Sequence record: NC_021529.2
Direction: 5' to 3' (one strand)
DNA length: 64,000 nucleotides
Shown here: positions 27,959 to 35,679 of the stretch, piece by piece
Layout: every line of letters begins with the position of its first letter
Numbering within the stretch: the first letter of the stretch is position 1
Translations under genes and position numbers: made by a program
The notes under the pieces: model-generated
The model's input: the letters and a program-made list of their open reading frames with translations, nothing else
Databases searched by the model: none
Told to the model about the DNA's origin: nothing

Positions 27959-27960
27959 AG

Positions 27961-28140
27961 TTATTTCTTACCGCGTTCTGCTTTGCTAATTTCAACAGCC
28001 GCGATTTGTGCGTTTGCTTCTTCTTCAGTATCATGTGTACCAAGTACACGACCTTTAGATGAAAGAGCAACCCACTTGTTACCACGCTTCTGTACTTTCT
28101 CAGTCAGTTCGTGATATTCATCAAACGTTTTCAATTTCAT
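27961..28140 (-). CDS. Internal-protein-like small late protein
   Basis: MKLKTFDEYHELTE; TATAAATA at 28166-28173. Confidence 0.65.
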   Translation of the reverse strand: MKLKTFDEYHELTEKVQKRGNKWVALSSKGRVLGTHDTEEEANAQIAAVEISKAERGKK

Positions 28141-28461
28141 GTCTAATCCCTCAGTTAGTTTATAATATTTATAACTGAGCAACTTTTAATCAGTGGCATG
28201 CTGCTTTCATGCTCAGACATATATTTGCTCTTAATGCAGGCGTATGCCACGCGCAGCGCAGATCCCATTTGATAATTTAACGACTTACGGGACTCTTAGC
28301 AAGTCTACACATAGCCTTTCAGCTATATCTTCTTTTAAGACCATAGTGTCGTACGGTCTAATCAAGACAATTCTCACTGCCTATCGTCAGTCTAGAACTC
28401 ATAAATGAGGGAAGAAAATGACGGTCACTGACAGAAGTCATGCATAGCACGTTCTTGAATT

Positions 28462-28529
28462 TGGTAGTCACGAGGGAATCAAACCCTCACTCAACGAGTT
28501 TTAGAGGCTCAGAGCAATCATTGTGACCA
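28462..28529 (-). tRNA. Atypical tRNA with CTA anticodon (amber/Pyl-like) or pseudo-tRNA
   Basis: 7-bp acceptor, loop CTCTAAA, T arm, CCA; D arm degenerate. Confidence 0.5.
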
Positions 28530-28763
28530 TTATAATTTGAATCCGATGCTCAACACCCAACGAGATTCATTAGCTTTAGTCGTGCGGTGATAGAACTTAT
28601 CAGCACGAAACCCAAACAACCTATCTTTGATGATATGAAATGCACCATTACAGATGAATTCACCACCAGATTTAGGTTTCTTTACAACCCAATTTATTCT
28701 ATAATGAAATTTACCAGGGTCTTTGTGTTTAGGAATATATGAGTCTTTAGGATAATGAAACAA
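28530..28763 (-). CDS. Small protein with 2OG-Fe(II) oxygenase-like motifs
   Basis: IPKHKD, R.N.V, H...K...SR.VLSIG. Confidence 0.45.
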   Translation of the reverse strand: MFHYPKDSYIPKHKDPGKFHYRINWVVKKPKSGGEFICNGAFHIIKDRLFGFRADKFYHRTTKANESRWVLSIGFKL

Positions 28764-28887
28764 GTAGAAATCAAAGTGTTTGCAATAAAACAGCGTGAAT
28801 ACTCGATATCCAGTTGCCCATTTATCTAATCCCCATTTAAATCTTCTTAACGTTGGTTTTTGAGTCTACATACAAATTACCTTTAAT

Positions 28888-28964
28888 TGGTGCCCAACCC
28901 GAGATTCGAACTCGGATCATCTAGTGTTTGAAACTAGCGCCTCTGCCAATTGGACTAGTTGGGC
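28888..28964 (-). tRNA. tRNA-Leu(CAA)
   Basis: Loop TTCAAAC, CCA, short variable loop. Confidence 0.88.
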
Positions 28965-28970
28965 GAAATA

Positions 28971-29047
28971 TGGTACGCATGGGCGGATTCGAACCGCCAT
29001 CCCTGAGAATTTAAACCTCATGCCTCTGCCAATTGGACCACATGCGC
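28971..29047 (-). tRNA. tRNA-Leu(TAA)
   Basis: Loop TTTAAAT, CCA. Confidence 0.88.
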
Positions 29048-29249
29048 GTTATTGTGTCGTTATGTCGATGTTCACGACACTGCTAGGCTGCCGAGTTATC
29101 AACTCATTATACTAGCCAAGGGCTTCTTACACACTAATCACTACTCGCAAGTAGCAATTCAAACATGCTCAGTTCCGAGCGATTAACCTCTTAGACCGTA
29201 GTCTCGAACCATAACCGACCCCTATGCACATCCAACTTGTGCATCGTCT

Positions 29250-29474
29250 TTAATACTGATCTTGCAACCCGCACTTAGTGCATGTCGCAGTAATTAATTC
29301 AAACCCGCTATTATCAGCAACCATTTCATGTTCACAATCAAGTTGCTTTCTCAATTCATGCAAGTGAGCTTTTTGCTCATGCAACTTCACAGAAGTTCTT
29401 CGAATGCTATCTTCAGTCAAGCGAATTGAAAATTTAACAGATCTGTCTAAGTATTCTTTAACTTCTGGGTTCAT
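29250..29474 (-). CDS. Hypothetical coiled-coil protein with Cys/His motif
   Basis: Start after tRNA-Cys; CEH...CTKC. Confidence 0.55.
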   Translation of the reverse strand: MNPEVKEYLDRSVKFSIRLTEDSIRRTSVKLHEQKAHLHELRKQLDCEHEMVADNSGFELITATCTKCGLQDQY

Positions 29475-29491
29475 GATATAGCTCTCAAAAT

Positions 29492-29565
29492 TGGAGCCCG
29501 AACAGAGAATCGAACTCTGACCGCGGGATTTGCAATCCCTCATACTTCCATTATACGATTCGGGC
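29492..29565 (-). tRNA. tRNA-Cys(GCA)
   Basis: Loop TTGCAAA, U73, CCA. Confidence 0.88.
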
Positions 29566-29570
29566 GTTGT

Positions 29571-29873
29571 TTAGTATGTCGCAAAACGAATTTTAATGTT
29601 TTGCTCATCTACTGGCAATACTGCATACAGATAAAAATGCGCAAATTCAGACATTTCATTTTTATGTCGTTTTATCTGCTCATGTTCTATTGCTCGTTCA
29701 ATCAACCAATAGAAGTCAATTCTGTGCATATCATCAGTAATTGGTATAATCAATGAGCGAACTTCAACGTGCGCTGCGTTTAATGAACTACCATGTATAA
29801 CTTCACCAGTTCTACTATCAACAGCATTACACGGACAACAGATTAAGTGAATTTTCTTACCATGAATATACAT
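29571..29873 (-). CDS. Hypothetical protein
   Basis: ORF between tRNAs. Confidence 0.5.
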   Translation of the reverse strand: MYIHGKKIHLICCPCNAVDSRTGEVIHGSSLNAAHVEVRSLIIPITDDMHRIDFYWLIERAIEHEQIKRHKNEMSEFAHFYLYAVLPVDEQNIKIRFATY

Positions 29874-29965
29874 ACGTACCTACGGAAAATAAACTAGTGC
29901 TTCGTGATTAACTAGACCTTCGATTTCTTCTTCAGTCATAATATATTTCTCATTCAAATGTACTT

Positions 29966-30040
29966 TGGGGTGACCGACGGGAATCGAACCCGCGAGTTCC
30001 TGAATCACAATCAGGGGCATTACCACTCTGCCACAGCCAC
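29966..30040 (-). tRNA. tRNA-His(GTG)
   Basis: Loop TTGTGAT, C73, CCA; position -1 is T. Confidence 0.88.
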
Positions 30041-30115
30041 ACCAAAGTACACTTAATGAACTTTGGGATACATTTACGTGGATCATTCGAGCGTAGCACT
30101 ACTACGCTAGTAAGT

Positions 30116-30427
30116 TTATTTGATTTTTGATAGCATTTTATGCATATCTTTCGTGTTGTTTAGAAAGTCAACATAATGAGCAAAATCAACGTCTCTGTCG
30201 TATTGACGAACTAGAGAACTAGTCTTTGCTAGCCACTCATCAGTGATGATATCATTCAACCCGAAGTTTTTCTTCAGAGCCATTAAGCGTCGCTCGTAAT
30301 CATCACCGTCGATGTTCATTGGATCAGGAGCGATATAGTCAGAAAGGATCTCAGCATTTTTGTCGATACGTTTCATATCGAACTTTTCATCAAGTTGAGA
30401 TTCAGTGTATTCTTTAAATGATTGCAT
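30116..30427 (-). CDS. Internal-protein-like late protein
   Basis: MQSFKEYTESQLDE; AATAAATA upstream. Confidence 0.6.
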   Translation of the reverse strand: MQSFKEYTESQLDEKFDMKRIDKNAEILSDYIAPDPMNIDGDDYERRLMALKKNFGLNDIITDEWLAKTSSLVRQYDRDVDFAHYVDFLNNTKDMHKMLSKIK

Positions 30428-30451
30428 AGTTTTATCTCTTGTCTTAAAAAC

Positions 30452-30694
30452 TTATTTATTGTTCTTGAGATAGATACTATCACTCGAAAGCTCTCTTGTA
30501 AACATATTTTTGAAATAAATTTCAATATCGTCTGAAGTAGTAGAAGATTCAATGCTCAATGCAAGTTCTAGAATCTTACCACGTTTATAACCGGCACGCC
30601 AACAGTCAAACATAAGTCTGTCCATTTGTTTCAGTTTTTCAACTTGATTTGGGTGTACGTATTCGTGAGATTCTAGCAAAGCTGGTGTGTTCAT
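30452..30694 (-). CDS. Hypothetical protein
   Basis: ORF with GAGA SD. Confidence 0.55.
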   Translation of the reverse strand: MNTPALLESHEYVHPNQVEKLKQMDRLMFDCWRAGYKRGKILELALSIESSTTSDDIEIYFKNMFTRELSSDSIYLKNNK

Positions 30695-30719
30695 AATATA
30701 ATTCTCATTTAAAAATGAA

Positions 30720-30793
30720 TGGTAGCCCCTGTCGGATTCGAGCCGACTCTACTTCTGTGTAAGAGAAGCGTACTCCCATTATACTAAGGGGCT
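30720..30793 (-). tRNA. tRNA-Val(TAC)
   Basis: Loop CTTACAC, CCA. Confidence 0.88.
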
Positions 30794-30794
30794 A

Positions 30795-30938
30795 TTAGAC
30801 TGGATAATTGTATTTCCATTGATCTGGATCTGGTCTACCACAACGAGTACACGATGTGCCTAACCAATTTTTCTGACCACAAACACAAGTGTAACCTTGT
30901 TGTTCGAAGTTTTCACCACCGATACTAAGAATTTTCAT
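30795..30938 (-). CDS. 47-aa zinc-ribbon-like peptide absent from the ORF track
   Basis: MKILSIGGENFEQQGYTCVCGQKNWLGTSCTRCGRPDPDQWKYNYPV. Confidence 0.45.
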   Translation of the reverse strand: MKILSIGGENFEQQGYTCVCGQKNWLGTSCTRCGRPDPDQWKYNYPV

Positions 30939-30953
30939 ACAATCACCAAAAAT

Positions 30954-31028
30954 TGGAGCGGGTACACGGACTCGAACCGAGACGAACGACTTGGAAGGAC
31001 ATCATGCTACCAATTACATCATACCCGC
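30954..31028 (-). tRNA. tRNA-Gly(TCC)
   Basis: Loop CTTCCAA, U73, CCA. Confidence 0.85.
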
Positions 31029-31320
31029 ATTGTTTAATCTGAAGCGTCGAACAAATCACGTATTGCACGTAGATTCGTAAGCTCTACTGTAAGTGTTCTA
31101 ATAAAGAACGGGTTAGTCTCTTTAGCGAGACGATTTTCAACATAACGAATTTTATCGCGTATGTTGCCCTTGCTTAGTGTAAAGTAGTCATGCTTCTTTC
31201 TCTTCGTTTGAAGTTAGTATTTGGAAAACTTGTTCATCGATTTCTTCTTGAAGTAGCCACTGTTGATAAACATATTCGGCATATTCTAAAGTTTCATTCA
31301 TAAACAAGCCTTTTTGAATT

Positions 31321-31396
31321 TGGTGGAGACACCGATACTCGAAATCGGATCTAACGCCGTATGAAAGCGCCGCTCTACCACTTGAGCTACATCTCC
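31321..31396 (-). tRNA. tRNA with CAT anticodon (elongator Met probable)
   Basis: Loop TTCATAC, CCA. Confidence 0.82.
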
Positions 31397-31536
31397 ATAT
31401 CTTGGTTTTGTATGTTTTACATGACGATAACCAGAAACGTGCATAATAATGCCACGTGATACATCCTATATCACGGCTAACTGAGTTAGCATATCGTGCC
31501 TTGCGGCTGTAGTGTCGTTTCCGACGAATTAAGTAC

Positions 31537-31746
31537 AGACAATACCGAAGTGTTTTTTCGTCTTTGACATGAATCGGAGTTGACTATCTTATTGGTTCTC
31601 AACAAGCAAATATCGTCTGTTTCAGCGACGCGCCTATCTGACTATTTCTAGACAGAGAGAATCTTTCCTTTCAAGCTGCACCGAAGCACTTCCCAGGTTA
31701 AGACAATCACCTTTTTAAGTAAGTAATTGGTTGCTGTATATTGTCT
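31537..31746 (-). ncRNA. Long ACAGCAA-family structured RNA 2
   Basis: AGACAATA/TATTGTCT closing stem, ATACAGCAACCAATT, GACGAAAAAACACTTC. Confidence 0.6.
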
Positions 31747-31811
31747 AACTATCTGCACTCGTACGAATCTCGAAAGGTATCGTAGTTGTCGTGCAGAAGT
31801 TCTTAAATCTT

Positions 31812-32048
31812 TTACTCGTCCATCAATCCGTCGTAGAAATCATCCAATGCTGAATGCACACGACGTAAACGATCAACGTTCCCACGACCGTAGTTCATGT
31901 CAGTTTCACGCGCCCAATCCATCATTGCACTAGATTGCATGATTGAATAAGCCTTGTGAAAGAAGTCTTCAAACTGTTCTGACGATTCAAACTCACGTGG
32001 TAATGTTCTTGCTTCGTTTAATTTCTTAAACTCGTTATATGTTTTCAT
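31812..32048 (-). CDS. Internal-protein-like late protein
   Basis: MKTYNEFKKLNE; TATAAATA at 32070-32077. Confidence 0.7.
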   Translation of the reverse strand: MKTYNEFKKLNEARTLPREFESSEQFEDFFHKAYSIMQSSAMMDWARETDMNYGRGNVDRLRRVHSALDDFYDGLMDE

Positions 32049-32085
32049 GAGATTCTCCTATTAAAAACATATTTATACAAGAACT

Positions 32086-32161
32086 TGGCATCCCCACTAG
32101 GATTCGAACCTAGAACCACATCCTTAGAAGGGACGTGCTCTTCCAATTGAGCTATGAGGAC
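32086..32161 (-). tRNA. tRNA-Arg(TCT)
   Basis: Loop CTTCTAA, CCA. Confidence 0.92.
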
Positions 32162-32235
32162 ATTAAAAAGATTCGATCCATAAGCTCGTGCAGATGATGG
32201 TAGTAAAGAGAATCCGCGCTCATGTGATCGAAATT

Positions 32236-32311
32236 TGGTGGAAATGACGAGACTCGAACTCGCAACCTCCTACTTGCAAGGCAGGTGCTCTCCCAATTGA
32301 GCTACATCCCC
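32236..32311 (-). tRNA. tRNA-Ala(TGC)
   Basis: Loop CTTGCAA, G3:U70, CCA. Confidence 0.92.
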
Positions 32312-32713
32312 ATTATACAGTCTGTGAACAATCGCATGGCAATTCGGACACAGTGGTATTAAATTTGTTATGTCATTATTCGTGCGGTCGTTGTCTATAT
32401 GATGTACATCAATTACTACATCAAAACCACAATTTGCGCACTTCTTTTCATAATGCTGAAAGCAAATAGTCGTATAGCATTTGGCATTATCGTTCCAGTA
32501 TGCTTGTCTATTGTTCGCACATGAGCGACTACAGAAACGTGAACGTTCATACGCTTTTGTATTTCGTCTGCCAACGAAGATATAAAGTTCACCACAACAC
32601 TCACATCGTTTAGTATGCGTTTTAACTGCACCTAGTCTTCTATCGACTGCTTCTGCTCTGCGTTGTTTGTATTGTTCTGTATGATATTTACCGTTATTCA
32701 TGATGATTCCCAT
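32270..32713 (-). CDS. HNH endonuclease with zinc motifs, overlapping tRNA-Ala
   Basis: CECCG, FCSRSC, VHHIDNDRTNN..NL..LCPNCH. Confidence 0.85.
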   Translation of the reverse strand: MGIIMNNGKYHTEQYKQRRAEAVDRRLGAVKTHTKRCECCGELYIFVGRRNTKAYERSRFCSRSCANNRQAYWNDNAKCYTTICFQHYEKKCANCGFDVVIDVHHIDNDRTNNDITNLIPLCPNCHAIVHRLYNGDVAQLGEHLPCK

Positions 32714-32794
32714 ATTAGTTTAAAATATAGGATCTCATGCTAACTGAGTAGATTCCACCACTTACTTTTGAAAGAAGCAAGAAACTCATATTTA

Positions 32795-33004
32795 TTACAA
32801 CTGCGTGATTGTGATATGATCCCAGCCATATAGACCATCAAGCTCTTCAATCGGCTCACACACAATGTCAGAAATATACTCAGCAACTTTTGCTTCAATT
32901 TCTTCATCAGATAGTTTTTCATCAACGGAAAAAGCATCTTCGTTATTGTTGCCACCGAAATAACCGCCAATGTCATATTCACACCATATTGAAATATATT
33001 TCAT
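32795..33004 (-). CDS. Acidic hypothetical protein
   Basis: GAGA SD; start after tRNA-Thr. Confidence 0.55.
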   Translation of the reverse strand: MKYISIWCEYDIGGYFGGNNNEDAFSVDEKLSDEEIEAKVAEYISDIVCEPIEELDGLYGWDHITITQL

Positions 33005-33029
33005 GTTATTCTCACAGTTGTTTTGAAAA

Positions 33030-33105
33030 TGGTGCCCTGACACGGATTTGAACCGCGAACCTGCTCATTACAAGTGAGCTGCACTGCCAGTTGTGCTATC
33101 AGGGC
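33030..33105 (-). tRNA. tRNA-Thr(TGT)
   Basis: Loop CTTGTAA, CCA. Confidence 0.92.
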
Positions 33106-33110
33106 GATAC

Positions 33111-33223
33111 TGAGTGTCATTACTTGCGCCATCCGAGACTAGAGATACCAACTCTAAACGGGATTCGAACCCGAAACATTTCTTTTATCGGAAGAATTTG
33201 TAATTGTTTGCTGAAAACACTCA
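33111..33223 (-). ncRNA. ACAGCAA-family RNA enclosing an Ile-type anticodon arm and a T arm
   Basis: TGAGTGT/ACACTCA; CAGCAAACAATT; TTCTT-CCGATAA-AAGAA; CGGG-TTCGAAT-CCCG. Confidence 0.65.
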
Positions 33224-33231
33224 ATGGTATT

Positions 33232-33305
33232 TGGCTGGGATATAGAGATTCGAACTCTAACTGACGGAATCAAAATCCGTAGTGCTACCATTACACCATA
33301 TCCCA
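33232..33305 (-). tRNA. tRNA-Gln(TTG)
   Basis: Loop TTTTGAT, U1:A72, CCA. Confidence 0.92.
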
Positions 33306-33312
33306 ATTGTTC

Positions 33313-33561
33313 TTATCGCTGAAAATAGCCGTGACTCATTTTGATCTTATCGGCAAATTCGCGAAGCATACGGTCTGCAAGTTCAAACGATAACTCTTTA
33401 TCAGCGTCACCTTGTTGCTGCAAATCGTGTGCAATTTTACTTCGAAGCTCTTCTGGCTTGTACCCGAACACTTGTTTACCCCAGTGTTCTTTAACTCTAT
33501 GGTACGATTCCATCGAAATGCTATCTCGTCTAGCTTCTTGAAATTCTGAAAATGTTTTCAT
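33313..33561 (-). CDS. Internal-protein-like late protein
   Basis: MKTFSEFQE; TATAAATA at 33585-33592. Confidence 0.65.
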   Translation of the reverse strand: MKTFSEFQEARRDSISMESYHRVKEHWGKQVFGYKPEELRSKIAHDLQQQGDADKELSFELADRMLREFADKIKMSHGYFQR

Positions 33562-33601
33562 GATTATTACCTTTCGTAAAATCATATTTATAAATTATCT
33601 T

Positions 33602-33677
33602 TGGCGGAACCGACGGGGCTCGAACCCGCTTCCTTTCCCGTGACAGGGGAATATGCACCCAGTTACACCTCGGCTCC
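33602..33677 (-). tRNA. tRNA-Asp(GTC)
   Basis: Loop CTGTCAC, G73, CCA. Confidence 0.9.
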
Positions 33678-33896
33678 CCAAAGACAACTTACGTTGCTTT
33701 GTGCTCGTGCAAACCAAACACTAGCTAAACGACTTCTTGATTTCTTAGTTGTACTATACATTCCCTGCTAAGGGCATCATCGTTCTTGTTTTTAGCAAAT
33801 GTCATGAAAGTGAGATCTTGTTATGCAGGAGGTTTCAAATCTCTGCATACAAGCAGACATAACAACCAATGCTCTCATACATTGTCATGGTCAAAT

Positions 33897-33972
33897 TGGC
33901 GCTTCATGTTGGGCTCGAACCAACGACTCACGGATTAACAGTCCGTCACTCTACCGACTGAGTTAATGAAGC
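33897..33972 (-). tRNA. tRNA-Asn(GTT)
   Basis: Loop CTGTTAA, CCA. Confidence 0.92.
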
Positions 33973-33977
33973 AAATA

Positions 33978-34052
33978 TGGCGACGAAGGAGAATTTCGAA
34001 ATCTCGACCTGCGGGTTAACAGCCCGCTGCTCTGCCTCTGAGCTACTCCGTC
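33978..34052 (-). tRNA. tRNA-Asn(GTT), second copy
   Basis: Loop CTGTTAA, CCA. Confidence 0.88.
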
Positions 34053-34064
34053 ATTAAATTAAAC

Positions 34065-34123
34065 AGTAATCGTTTTTTGCTTTTTTAAAATAAAAGTTTT
34101 GTATTGTTTGCTGCAAGATTACT
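34065..34123 (-). ncRNA. Minimal ACAGCAA-family RNA with a Lys-type anticodon stem-loop
   Basis: AGTAATC/GATTACT; CAGCAAACAAT; CTTTT-ATTTTAA-AAAAG; CAAAAAAC. Confidence 0.6.
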
Positions 34124-34128
34124 TAAAC

Positions 34129-34202
34129 TGGCAGGGACATAGAGATTCGAACTCTAACGAACGGGTTTGGAATCCGTCATGCTGCCGTTACATCATGTCC
34201 CT
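34129..34202 (-). tRNA. tRNA-Trp(CCA)
   Basis: Loop TTCCAAA, G73, CCA. Confidence 0.88.
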
Positions 34203-34208
34203 AAAATT

Positions 34209-34282
34209 TGGTAGCCCCAGACAGACTCGAACTGTCAACGTGCGATTATCGGTCGCGTGTTTTACCGTTAAACTATGGAGCT
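34209..34282 (-). tRNA. tRNA-Ile(GAT) with C33
   Basis: Loop CCGATAA, CCA. Confidence 0.85.
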
Positions 34283-34344
34283 AAAGTGAGCACCGAAGTG
34301 CTCTTGTTAATCGGTTAAGTGACTAAACTCCCCGGTTAACAAAT

Positions 34345-34443
34345 TGGCGGAAGACTAGGGATTCGAACCCTAACAGGCATTCCCATGCCCCGACGGTTTT
34401 CAAGACCGTTGCCGCTACCCCGAATCTTTCGGCTAAGCCTTCC
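34345..34443 (-). tRNA. tRNA-Ser(TGA) with enlarged D loop
   Basis: Loop CTTGAAA, long variable arm, CCA. Confidence 0.82.
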
Positions 34444-34449
34444 TTAATT

Positions 34450-34526
34450 TGGATGCGTGAGGTTGGATTCGAACCAACGACCTCCAGCTTATGAGACTGG
34501 TGAGCTGACCACTGCTCTACTCCGCA
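34450..34526 (-). tRNA. tRNA-Met(CAT), initiator-like D arm, bulged acceptor
   Basis: Loop CTCATAA, CCA. Confidence 0.7.
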
Positions 34527-34536
34527 TTTATTCAAC

Positions 34537-34623
34537 AGCTTGCGTTCTTTGGTCTGTTTATCGCTGTCTGAGTCATGCCCGTCGAGCGATCAATAGATTA
34601 AGTATTTTTGCAGTATGCAAGCT
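34537..34623 (-). ncRNA. Variant ACAGCAA-family RNA
   Basis: AGCTTGC/GCAAGCT; ATACTGCAAAAAT; ATCGCT/AGCGAT hairpin; CAAAGAAC. Confidence 0.45.
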
Positions 34624-34628
34624 AAATC

Positions 34629-34715
34629 TGGTGGTCCGCCTAGGACTCGAACCTAGAAGCCCGATTAAGGGCGAGGGATTTACAATCCCCTGACTTACCA
34701 TTAGTCTAACGAACC
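34629..34715 (-). tRNA. tRNA-Tyr(GTA)
   Basis: Loop TTGTAAA, long variable arm, CCA. Confidence 0.9.
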
Positions 34716-34721
34716 AGAATT

Positions 34722-34796
34722 TGGTTCACCCGACGAGATTCGAACTCGCGCATACTTCCTTGAAAGGGAAGTGACCTACCATTAGTCTACGGGTGA
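34722..34796 (-). tRNA. tRNA-Glu(TTC)
   Basis: Loop CTTTCAA, CCA. Confidence 0.88.
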
Positions 34797-34860
34797 ATTA
34801 TATTGTATATTGATTTGCAAGCTAATCAACTTGCAAAGCGATACACAATGTATCTGAATT

Positions 34861-34934
34861 TGGTGGGTCCACAGAGATTCGAACTCTGACTGAAGGATTA
34901 AAAGTCCCATATGCTACCATTACATCATAGACCC
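34861..34934 (-). tRNA. tRNA-Lys(TTT)
   Basis: Loop CTTTTAA, CCA. Confidence 0.9.
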
Positions 34935-35022
34935 AATTTGATTTTCATGTTAAGAGCGTTTGCAAAATAACTCAAAACTAAAATCTCTTGCTTGATTTAA
35001 CTCTTACAAACAAGCTATAATT

Positions 35023-35098
35023 TGGTGCACCCTACGGCTATCGAGACCGTGACCTGCGGGACTTCAATCCGCCGCTCTACCAACTGAGCTAAGGGTGC
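35023..35098 (-). tRNA. tRNA-Phe(GAA), atypical T loop
   Basis: Loop TTGAAGT, T loop CTCGATA, CCA. Confidence 0.78.
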
Positions 35099-35150
35099 AA
35101 TGTGCGAAGATTTATGTTTTAAGTCAGCTATCGCATACAGACTACATGTT

Positions 35151-35228
35151 TGGTACGCATGAAGAGATTCGAACTCTTAACTTCTGGTTTCTAAGACCAG
35201 TGCCTCTGCCAGATTGGGCTACATGCGC
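35151..35228 (-). tRNA. tRNA-Leu(TAG)
   Basis: Loop CTTAGAA, CCA. Confidence 0.9.
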
Positions 35229-35253
35229 ATTAAATTGTAAACTTCTTTTCTTC

Positions 35254-35357
35254 ATTATACATGATGTTTTTATCGTTGTAAACATCTTTTTTAATTTATT
35301 TTGAAGAACTTCGTTTTTCTATGTGTTAATACTAACACTCACTCAAGACATCTTAAA
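35254..35357 (-). promoter_or_regulatory. Two tandem early promoters driving the tRNA cluster
   Basis: TTTACA-17-TATAAT (35282-35254) and TTTAAG-17-TAGTAT (35357-35329). Confidence 0.7.
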
Positions 35358-35434
35358 CACTAATTTGTGAAAAAGTTCGTTAAATTCTATCGTCTCGACA
35401 GTACTTAACGAGATACGGTCCTAAGCGTATCAAC

Positions 35435-35510
35435 TGGCACCCAATACAAGATTCGAACTTGTAACCTTCGCCTTCGTAGGGCGCTGCTCTTCCAATTGAG
35501 CTAATCGGGC
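35435..35510 (-). tRNA. tRNA-Arg(ACG)
   Basis: Loop CTACGAA, CCA. Confidence 0.92.
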
Positions 35511-35517
35511 ATTAATA

Positions 35518-35594
35518 TGGTCCGTGACAAGCGATTCGAACGCTTAACTTCTCCGCCCCAAACGGAGTACTCTACCAGATTGAGCTAGTCACGG
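35518..35594 (-). tRNA. tRNA-Pro(TGG)
   Basis: Loop TTTGGGG, C1:G72, A73. Confidence 0.92.
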
Positions 35595-35603
35595 TTTTTA
35601 AAT

Positions 35604-35679
35604 TGGTCGGTGTGAAGAGATTCGAACTCTTTCCGCTCGCTCCCAAAGCGACCATGCTCCCATTAAACACCACACACCG
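35604..35679 (-). tRNA. tRNA-Pro(TGG), second copy
   Basis: Loop TTTGGGA, C1:G72, A73. Confidence 0.85.
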
